A stretch of 12,729 nt of DNA, taken from positions 1-12,729 of the forward strand of contig JAQGOV010000424.1 in the NCBI GenBank assembly GCA_028293425.1, in the 5' to 3' direction. Position 1 is the first letter of the stretch, and the number at the start of each line of letters is the position of its first letter. Origin of the DNA: Verrucomicrobiales bacterium. GTDB lineage: Bacteria; Verrucomicrobiota; Verrucomicrobiia; Limisphaerales; JAQGOV01. The notes below the pieces were generated by a model, which was not told the origin of the DNA, searched no databases, and saw only the letters and a program-made list of their open reading frames with translations. Positions 1-6,464 of the stretch are shown here, in pieces. Both the position numbers and the translations under genes were made by a program.

Positions 1-82
1 TCCGTCCTGCCACGGTCACGACTATGGCCCGACGGTTGCAGCCCTACTAACAACGCTTCATGTTCGACTCGCAGTTCTTGAT

Positions 83-2104
83 CTAGCGTTTCGCAGTTAA
101 CTCCCAGTGCTCACCAAAGAAGCCTGCCTCGACCACACCACCTGGAAAGCGAGAGGAGACGGGAACGTTAAGATCTACAATTGCATAATCAGGCAATTTA
201 GCTGTCTGGCGGGCGTTGTTGAGGTAATCGTATTCCCGGAACGTGAATCCGCTGTTGAGAACCACGTATTTTTTTGGGTTCAACGGGTTTGGATAGATCA
301 GGATCGGGACATGATTGCCGGAATCGAAATGGGTTTTGCCAAGATCCACGCCTTTTGCGTTCCATTGCACAGGCAATTTGTCCGCAATCTTCGCAAGCAC
401 TTTATTGCTCATAGGGTCGCCCCAAAGGATGAGGTTGTTTTGCGCCAGATCCGCATCGGAGATATCTTCATCATTCTTCACGCGTGGTTCTCCGCGAAAT
501 TGAAGGCGCCAGTGATTCGTTGCATGGGCCATTTCTGCTGTAGCCCACGCGCCAACTTTTTCATTCATGGGCTGACCAGTGGGACGGACCATCAGGAAGC
601 TGTCCATAAAGGCGTCGTCGATTGGACCTTGAAGTCCATGCTGTTTCCGGAGGCCGGTTTGCTCAGAACTGGTTTGGACCCACTTCTTTCCTTCTCGGTG
701 AAACGAAGCTGTGTAGGATCGATCACTGAGGGGTCTGGTCGCAATGAGCTTTTGTCCATCCAAAACGATGAGAGGTTTCCGAGTGAGATCGAGAGGAAAT
801 TGGCCGGGAGAGAAGTGAAAACTGACCGCACTCACGTTTTTAGTGGCAGCTTTGATGGCATTCTCGGCCAAGGAGAATTCTGCATCAACGCGGGCGCGCT
901 CCCAGTGTTGGTCCAATCCGTCAACTGTAAGCCAAAGCATCTCATTGTAGCGTAGAGTCCACGTGGTGAAGCGAATGGTGTTTGGGACGGGGTTGCGGCC
1001 TTTCTCTGCGATGGCATCAATACGTCGGCTCACTTCCTTTTTGGCTTCTTTTTCATAAGCATGGGCGGTCTTCGGCCCGATGATATGTGTCATTTCAATT
1101 CCTTCGGAAGCCATCGCCTTAGCCATCATGTCAGCCGCTTGTTTCTGGCTGTCAATCTCTCCGCTGTAGGCAACCGTTGGGCAGTTAACCAAGTTAACCG
1201 CATAATCTGTGGAATCGTACAAGTGCCAAAGCTTCTGTTCATACCACGTCGGTTTTAACGTTTCCTTCTGAAACACTTTCAGGAAATCGGCAGTCTCCGA
1301 AAAGCCCGCACCTGGAGCCGCGGCAGCCCAAAGCCCCGCATGATGAGTCGCCATATGCCAGCAGGCAGCTCCACCCAAGGAGAATCCCCGCACCACAAGA
1401 CGGTTTTCATCGATGGGATAGCTTTTGCGCACGTTTTCCAAGGCTTCAAATAAATCGGTTTCGCCGGCAAATCGATTGCCATTGCAGTAACGGCCGTAGA
1501 GATGCAGCACAAAGGTATTGGGCGGTGTGAACTCCCCGGGTGACCTTTGGCGCCCATTGATGAAGTCCAGCTCGCTCAATGTTTCACCTCGGCCATGAAA
1601 CCAGAAATCCAGCCGGAATGGATGCGAAGCATTTGGTTGCCATGAGGAAGGGATCACCAGGCCGTAAGGTTGCACGGACCCATCCACATGGGACACATAT
1701 CCGCGGACCACGAGTCCATTTGTGGTTGTCCAAGGTGCTTTGCCTTCCTTCAAAAGCTGCGCCCGTTCGTGGCCTTGCTTTAACAAAAGTTTCGCGGTGT
1801 TGACCTCGTTGCTTTTGAAAAACTCATTGTAAATGAGCGCATACCGAGCCGCGTTGTGAAAGATCTGCACATCAGGCAGCACTTCCAACAGGGCTTTTCC
1901 TTTGAGCTGGCCACGGAGAGCCTCAATCTCTTCTCCCAAGTTCTGAATCCCGGTCTCCAACTCCGAGCGATCCGTCTCTGAGACTTTGATGCCAGGAGGC
2001 GGTACGCGTCGAACTTTGTCCGGGAGGTTGTCCTGCACGCCATCCGCGAGGGCGAACACGAGACCTGAAAATAGAAGAGCCAGAGCTGCGAAGTGTGATT
2101 TCAT
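83..2104 (-). CDS. Secreted alpha/beta-fold hydrolase, S9 prolyl-oligopeptidase/esterase-like, 673 aa, with an uncharacterised C-terminal half
   Basis: Long uninterrupted ORF with an N-terminal signal peptide (MKSHFAALALLFSGLVFALA). It has a nucleophile-elbow GFSLGG (GxSxG) motif around residue 240 in an alpha/beta-hydrolase-like context. A GGAG Shine-Dalgarno sits about 9 nt upstream of the ATG at 2104. The antisense ORF 107..955 has no recognisable features. Confidence 0.8.
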   Translation of the reverse strand: MKSHFAALALLFSGLVFALADGVQDNLPDKVRRVPPPGIKVSETDRSELETGIQNLGEEIEALRGQLKGKALLEVLPDVQIFHNAARYALIYNEFFKSNEVNTAKLLLKQGHERAQLLKEGKAPWTTTNGLVVRGYVSHVDGSVQPYGLVIPSSWQPNASHPFRLDFWFHGRGETLSELDFINGRQRSPGEFTPPNTFVLHLYGRYCNGNRFAGETDLFEALENVRKSYPIDENRLVVRGFSLGGAACWHMATHHAGLWAAAAPGAGFSETADFLKVFQKETLKPTWYEQKLWHLYDSTDYAVNLVNCPTVAYSGEIDSQKQAADMMAKAMASEGIEMTHIIGPKTAHAYEKEAKKEVSRRIDAIAEKGRNPVPNTIRFTTWTLRYNEMLWLTVDGLDQHWERARVDAEFSLAENAIKAATKNVSAVSFHFSPGQFPLDLTRKPLIVLDGQKLIATRPLSDRSYTASFHREGKKWVQTSSEQTGLRKQHGLQGPIDDAFMDSFLMVRPTGQPMNEKVGAWATAEMAHATNHWRLQFRGEPRVKNDEDISDADLAQNNLILWGDPMSNKVLAKIADKLPVQWNAKGVDLGKTHFDSGNHVPILIYPNPLNPKKYVVLNSGFTFREYDYLNNARQTAKLPDYAIVDLNVPVSSRFPGGVVEAGFFGEHWELTAKR

Positions 2105-2190
2105 GGTTGTTGGCTCCTTGGTAGAGCAAACCGTTCATGGAATCAAGCGCATCCGGCAGAAGTCTCCGCGGCTATCTATAGCCCGAGAAC

Positions 2191-2958
2191 CTATTTTTTA
2201 TTGAAGACACCAAAGACCTGTTGGAGTACAGCCGTGGTGCGAGCGGCTGGGTTTTCCCGAATAAGCCGTTCTTGTTCCGCTATTTTGATGAAAAGCCCAT
2301 CCAATGCCTTCTGGGTAACGTACGAGTCGATATCGAGTTCATTCCGGGCACCCAATCCACCAAAATTACCGAGACGAAAGCCCCCAATATTGCTTTTATC
2401 GAGGACACGCTTGTAAGCAGAGGTTACCCCAGCCTGGTCCGTGGCTTTTTTCACAATGGGCAAGAACCGGGAGAAAAGATTTGTGCTCGTGGTCCGGCGA
2501 AAATAATCGGTGGCTGCGGTGTTCGTTCCGCTTAGGATGGTTTTGGCATCAGCAATCGAAATCTGTTTCAGACTGTCGCTCAGGACATTCACAGATTCCG
2601 GCACCGCCTGCTCAGCGGCCCGGTTCATAGCGGTAATAAACTCATCTGCTAAAGGGCCCTGCCCAACGGCTCGAAGGCCACTCTCCACTTTTCTCATGCT
2701 TTCTGGGAGCGGGATGCGAACTTGAGCATTCTTTAAGAACCCATCTGGCTGACCAAGATTCGTGATTGCATGCTGCACTCCTAAGGCAAGTGCCGCTTTC
2801 AACCCGGTTACCACCTGTTCTTCTGAAAGAGAGTTGAGTGCTGCTGGAGTGGACGGACGCTTCAGCCCAAGCTCCTCGAATATATTGGCAGAAAACCCAG
2901 CAGAGCTGGCCAGCAGGACAGACAGCACACAAATCAGCCGGAAAAATGATGTCAGCAT
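2191..2958 (-). CDS. DUF4197-family secreted protein, 255 aa
   Basis: ORF with a signal peptide (MLTSFFRLICVLSVLLASSAGFSA). The sequence pattern (…EEQVVTGLKAALALGVQHAITNLGQPDGFLKNAQVRIPLPESM…) matches my memory of the Pfam DUF4197 family. It is on the same strand as the hydrolase, 86 bp upstream of it, so they may be co-transcribed. No Shine-Dalgarno is visible. Confidence 0.7.
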   Translation of the reverse strand: MLTSFFRLICVLSVLLASSAGFSANIFEELGLKRPSTPAALNSLSEEQVVTGLKAALALGVQHAITNLGQPDGFLKNAQVRIPLPESMRKVESGLRAVGQGPLADEFITAMNRAAEQAVPESVNVLSDSLKQISIADAKTILSGTNTAATDYFRRTTSTNLFSRFLPIVKKATDQAGVTSAYKRVLDKSNIGGFRLGNFGGLGARNELDIDSYVTQKALDGLFIKIAEQERLIRENPAARTTAVLQQVFGVFNKK

Positions 2959-3031
2959 TTTCAGAGAATAGTGCAGAAATTGAGTTTAACCACTCAGGAA
3001 AATTATGAAACGAAAATGGGGCTGAGCACTG

Positions 3032-3051
3032 CTAGGAAAAACCTAGTAGCA
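3032..3051 (+). promoter_or_regulatory. Copy 1 of a 20-bp palindromic motif, CTAGGAAAAACCTAGTAGCA, in the divergent DUF4197/response-regulator intergenic
   Basis: It contains the inverted repeat CTAGG-N5-CCTAG. It is 19/20 identical to 3963..3982. It lies 74 bp upstream of the DUF4197 start and 245 bp upstream of the regulator start. Confidence 0.35.
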
Positions 3052-3205
3052 CTCCTGTGGAAAAAGGCCATTTTATCCAAGGCCCTTAACCAAAACAGCC
3101 ACAAGGTCTTGAAACGCCAACAAATGGCAATTTTGTGGTAATCAAGAACACTGATAGAGTGGTGTAGAAAGGCTAATTCGAATGATCCTTTACAGTAGGA
3201 AAATC

Positions 3206-3216
3206 CAAAAACGACA
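3206..3216 (+). promoter_or_regulatory. Half-site copy TAGGAAAATCC of the same motif, about 70 bp upstream of the response-regulator start
   Basis: An exact 11-mer match to the core of copy 2 (3964..3974). Additional GGAAAA cores occur at 2994 and 3058 in the same intergenic. Confidence 0.3.
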
Positions 3217-3276
3217 GCATGGCCGGTCCGGAGGCGTTGGGTGCGGAATGGCCAAAGCCCATGAGGCGGCTTTTCC

Positions 3277-3951
3277 ATGAAACTGTCTGAGACCCCAGCT
3301 TTCACTCAGGAAACTAAGATACTGCTCGTTAACCACAGAACTCTCGTTAGCGCAGGCCTCCGTTGTTTGCTGGAAAAGATTGCTGACCTCGAGATTATCG
3401 GAGAAACCACCCTCGGCCCAAAGACGCCGAACGTGGTGGCTGCCAAGAAACCAGATTTGGTGCTCATTCATTTGAGCGTGTCTGCATATGACGAGGTTGC
3501 CTTGGCCAAGCGAATTCTCGACCGGATCCCGGCGGTGCCGGTGATCATCCTCACGATTAACACAAGCGCCGAGTACCTGCTCCAAATGTTGCATTCAGGT
3601 GTTCGAGGAGTGCTTTGCCAGCGTTCGACTTCGTCCGAGTTGGAATTGGCTGTTATGACGGTTAAAAAAGGTCAGTTTTTTTTAACGCCCGCGTTGCCAA
3701 AAGAGGTGGAGGATGCATGCCGTGCATTCCTTAAACAGGGTAAATTTCCTTTGGAGCAACTGACCACGAGGCAAACGACCATTTTAAAACTCATTGCAGA
3801 AGGCAGGAACACAAAAGAAATAGCAGACAAACTCAAGCTCAGTGCGAAAACGGTCGAATTTCACCGGGCTCGATTGATGGAACGATTGGCTATCCGCGAT
3901 GTCCCTGGGCTCGTGCGCTATGCCATTCGAGCGGGCGTGATCCAGGTTTAG
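3277..3951 (+). CDS. Orphan NarL/FixJ (LuxR-type HTH) family response regulator with an atypical, aspartate-less receiver domain, 224 aa
   Basis: The C-terminal GerE/LuxR HTH is clear (LTTRQTTILKLIAEGRNTKEIADKLKLSAKTVEFHRARLMERL). The N-terminal receiver fold aligns to NarL/CheY, but the acidic pocket DD reads NH (ILLVNHRT), the phospho-acceptor Asp reads His (PDLVLIHLSV), and the conserved Lys is replaced (GVLCQ). The conserved Thr is retained (ILT). GAGG sits 10 nt upstream of the ATG. No histidine kinase is adjacent. Confidence 0.85.
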   Translation: MKLSETPAFTQETKILLVNHRTLVSAGLRCLLEKIADLEIIGETTLGPKTPNVVAAKKPDLVLIHLSVSAYDEVALAKRILDRIPAVPVIILTINTSAEYLLQMLHSGVRGVLCQRSTSSELELAVMTVKKGQFFLTPALPKEVEDACRAFLKQGKFPLEQLTTRQTTILKLIAEGRNTKEIADKLKLSAKTVEFHRARLMERLAIRDVPGLVRYAIRAGVIQV

Positions 3952-3962
3952 CGGCTTGCCAC

Positions 3963-3982
3963 CTAGGAAAATCCTAGTAGCA
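3963..3982 (+). promoter_or_regulatory. Copy 2 of the 20-bp palindromic motif, CTAGGAAAATCCTAGTAGCA, 11 bp downstream of the response-regulator stop
   Basis: 19/20 identical to 3032..3051, in the same orientation. Together with copy 1 it brackets the regulator gene. Confidence 0.35.
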
Positions 3983-4166
3983 GGACCACCCAATGCCATG
4001 CATTATGTCCACATTGGTAGTTGCGGTTGAGCGGTTCAGCCACTTGGCAACGCTCTCATCCTCAGAATGACTTTGTTCGGGTGGTGGATCGTTTCTTCAG
4101 CGGGGTTCCCCAACCTCCACCTCCTTGGCGTCTGCCGCCCGAACCTTTATCCTCCTGAAAGGGAAT

Positions 4167-5969
4167 TCAGGAATTATCTTTAGTCTTAGACTGATTCTTT
4201 AGCATCAGCCCCAGCAGGCCATCCACCAAACCAGTGGTCCCGCCCGCTCCGCTCACGGCCACATCGGGCACGATCCGCACGTTGCGCTCACCAACGATTT
4301 GCATCAGTTGCATCACTGTATAACTTTGGGAGCCCAGCGATTCCACACCAGCGCGGTAAGCTTCGGCTTTCGCCTGGCCAGTAGCACGGATAGCTTCCGC
4401 TTCACCCAAAGCTCGCAACCGCAACGCCTCGGCCTCACCGGTTGCCTGCTTGATGTGTGCATTGGCGTGTAGTTCGGAAATGCTCACGCCTTGTTCAGCA
4501 CCCACCACCTGGTGCTGAATATCCGCAAGCGAGGTTTGTCGCACCAATTGCTGACGCTGCTTTTGAGCCTCTTCCTGCACTTCATAAGTCTTGCGCTGTT
4601 CTTCGGCGATCTTGCGATCTGTTTGTGTGGTCATCAGCTCGGCAGGAGGATTGATGTCTCCGATCAGCGTATCGATTGCCTGGACATCGTAGGCTTGAAG
4701 CGCGACACGGATATGCGCCGCGGCTTCCACCTGACGATGGCTGCGCGCACTTAGGAAATCCAGGACCGTGTAATCCTGCGCCGAGTTGCGGAAGTAATTT
4801 CCAACGATCGGCTGCAGCACATGATCCACGAGGTTCTGCATGGAGCCAACGCGCGAGATCACCTTGGGAGCATCCAGCGCACCCACGTGAATAATCTGTG
4901 AAACATCCAGATTAAAGGCGAAGCCGTCCCGGGAGCGCACGGTAATGGAGGAGAGCCGGGCGTCATAATTGTGTGATTCAGTGCGGTTTGCCCAGTTCAA
5001 CACAATGTTGGTCGTGGGCACCAGTTCCACTTTCATAATCCGCGTATTGATGGGGTGCTTGCCAGGATAAAGCGGTGTTACCCAAACACCTTTGTGTCCC
5101 GCGTTCACCAAATCGCCGTGTTTAAAGTCGGAGCCGCTCACGTCTTCGTGCGCCATGCCCACGAAAGAGATTACGACGCCGACGTAGCCGATTGGGATCT
5201 GCACCATGGGTACCTGTTCCACCTGTGCAAACCAGGGATTCAAGTTCCACGTTCCAGACAACAGGATCTGCTCCTGCAAGCCGCGCCGGCCACCGCCATC
5301 AATAAAAGCCTGGCCGTTCTGAAAATTGTCATGAGCCGGAATAACAGGCCCGGCAATTTCCCCCGCTGCAATCGACACACCATCGAGGGTGGTCACGATG
5401 CCCACCTGATCGGACTGCACGCGTTGCAATCGGAGCTGTTCCGGGTACGTGCCGTGCACATTTGCGTTCGCTGACGTGATGACGGTAAAGATGGCGATGT
5501 TAATACGATAAGTGCCCGCGGTCAGAATCCCTAGCTGACGGCCTTTCTCGCCACCGTTGAGCAGGAATCGCCGCGCATCCTGGAAGTTATCGGAGTCCAC
5601 CGCCTTTCCGAGAATCCGATCGGGTGGGATGGATTGACCATCCGCAGCCATCACCAGGCCGATCTCGCCCTGGGGCACCATCACTACGGGCGCTTTGATG
5701 ATCCGGTATTGCCAGCGCCAATACCCGAAGTGCAACCCGGGTGGCAACGTGTCCGCCTGGTACCCCGCCTCTCCGTCCAGGGCAATCAGGCGTCCCGGTG
5801 GCAGGCTGCGGGGAGAAAACTTTTTCACGACCACTCCGACTTGTCGTTCGTGAATCACAACGGCCCCGAGAAAAAATGGGCCAAGGATCACAACCAAAAG
5901 AAGGATAGGAACGATAACCAACATGACCCACTCGAGAGAAGTGAGTGCTCCAACCATGAACACATGCAT
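4167..5969 (-). CDS. Flotillin-family SPFH/band-7 membrane protein (YqiK-like), about 600 aa
   Basis: There is an N-terminal TM helix (LEWVMLVIVPILLLVVILGPFFLG). It is followed by an SPFH-like domain (…PPGLHFGYWRWQYRIIKAPVVMVPQGEIGLV…) with an internal duplication. The C-terminus is a coiled coil with flotillin-type EA repeats (ATGEAEALRLRALGEAEAIRATGQAKAEAYRAG). The supplied ORF starts at a TTG (5975) that abuts the GGAG. The ATG two codons in (5969) has the better-spaced site, GGAG-N6-ATG, so it is the preferred start. No NfeD partner gene is adjacent. Confidence 0.85.
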   Translation of the reverse strand: MHVFMVGALTSLEWVMLVIVPILLLVVILGPFFLGAVVIHERQVGVVVKKFSPRSLPPGRLIALDGEAGYQADTLPPGLHFGYWRWQYRIIKAPVVMVPQGEIGLVMAADGQSIPPDRILGKAVDSDNFQDARRFLLNGGEKGRQLGILTAGTYRINIAIFTVITSANANVHGTYPEQLRLQRVQSDQVGIVTTLDGVSIAAGEIAGPVIPAHDNFQNGQAFIDGGGRRGLQEQILLSGTWNLNPWFAQVEQVPMVQIPIGYVGVVISFVGMAHEDVSGSDFKHGDLVNAGHKGVWVTPLYPGKHPINTRIMKVELVPTTNIVLNWANRTESHNYDARLSSITVRSRDGFAFNLDVSQIIHVGALDAPKVISRVGSMQNLVDHVLQPIVGNYFRNSAQDYTVLDFLSARSHRQVEAAAHIRVALQAYDVQAIDTLIGDINPPAELMTTQTDRKIAEEQRKTYEVQEEAQKQRQQLVRQTSLADIQHQVVGAEQGVSISELHANAHIKQATGEAEALRLRALGEAEAIRATGQAKAEAYRAGVESLGSQSYTVMQLMQIVGERNVRIVPDVAVSGAGGTTGLVDGLLGLMLKNQSKTKDNS

Positions 5970-6047
5970 AGCCAACTCCGATATGGCACGAAGCGTGTGG
6001 GTTTAGTCACGACGCGACGTGCGCGGATTGATTCGGGGAGACCATGT

Positions 6048-6067
6048 GGATCCCGACATCGGGATCC
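6048..6067. repeat. Perfect 8-bp inverted repeat with a 4-nt spacer (GGATCCCG-acat-CGGGATCC) in the flotillin/rtcB divergent intergenic
   Basis: Read directly from the sequence. It is a candidate dimeric-regulator operator or an RNA hairpin. Confidence 0.4.
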
Positions 6068-6162
6068 TAGAGGATCGCCCTTCCACTTGCCGACGAGGTT
6101 AGCTGACGGGCTTGGTCCTGGAAGTGACCTTGGCGACAGTTGCCTGTGGCCTTGCGCCCCTT

Positions 6163-6182
6163 CCCCGAATCGTAATTCGGGG
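6163..6182. repeat. Perfect 8-bp inverted repeat with a 4-nt spacer (CCCCGAAT-cgta-ATTCGGGG), the second in the same intergenic
   Basis: Read directly from the sequence. An ATTCGGGG arm also occurs at 6031..6038. No T-tract follows, so it is not a classic terminator. Confidence 0.4.
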
Positions 6183-6255
6183 ATTCTGGGTCCCCCGCGT
6201 TGACTCCCAGGAAGGGGAGCCAACTTAGGCTGCTTCTAACAACCCTAATTGATTC

Positions 6256-6375
6256 CATATCCGCAGCCGTTGTCAAATCGTGCGGATAAGGGTTGATGGT
6301 CAGTGACTTGCGGGTGCTCATATCCGTGCGGAACGGCAGTTCCGTTATTTCTGGACTCAGGACACCCTTATCCAC
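6256..6375 (+). ncRNA. Candidate structured 5' leader or cis-regulatory RNA upstream of rtcB, with competing helices
   Basis: Three helices compete for the same segment. Helix A pairs 6258-6265 (tatccgca) with 6281-6288 (tgcggata). Helix B pairs 6284-6293 (ggataagggt) with 6364-6373 (acccttatcc). They share nucleotides 6284-6288. A second tatccg at 6321-6326 can also pair with that segment. Nested inside helix B is hairpin C (6329-6334 cggaac, loop ggca, 6339-6344 gttccg), followed by TTATTTCT. No Rfam assignment is possible by eye. Confidence 0.3.
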
Positions 6376-6464
6376 CCGGGAGGCCTGGCGAAGTCTAATC
6401 TTCATCAGGAGCACTGTCTGATATTTCAAAGCCCGGCTAAATTGGTGTAGGCTCGAACAGCTCC

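Noticed and set aside
1-82. Possible 3' end of an upstream gene at the left window edge
   Set aside because: Frames are open for only about 30 codons. That is too short to evaluate.
107-955. 282-aa + strand ORF
   Set aside because: It is entirely antisense to the well-supported secreted hydrolase gene. It has no recognisable domain, no ribosome-binding site, and a composition typical of antisense frames of GC-rich genes.
2167-2200. Palindrome GGCTAT-ct-ATAGCC followed by a T-run, which looked terminator-like
   Set aside because: A 2-nt loop is sterically impossible. The T-run overlaps the DUF4197 stop codon. No + strand gene ends upstream. At best it is a protein-binding palindrome in the hydrolase promoter region.
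3003-3305. 100-aa minus-strand ORF spanning the whole DUF4197/regulator intergenic
   Set aside because: Odd W/F-rich composition. It overlaps the regulator start and covers the region containing the putative operator motifs. More likely it is non-coding promoter DNA.
3994-4183. Small + strand ORFs of 25 aa and 38 aa in the regulator/flotillin convergent intergenic
   Set aside because: No ribosome-binding site and no recognisable features. The second runs into the flotillin stop. They cannot be supported without conservation data.
5985-6000. Sigma-54-like -24 element TGGCACG upstream of rtcB. In E. coli, rtcBA is sigma-54 and RtcR dependent
   Set aside because: The -12 element reads GTGTG rather than TTGCW at the correct spacing. 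It is about 480 bp from the rtcB ATG. No RtcR-like bEBP gene is nearby.
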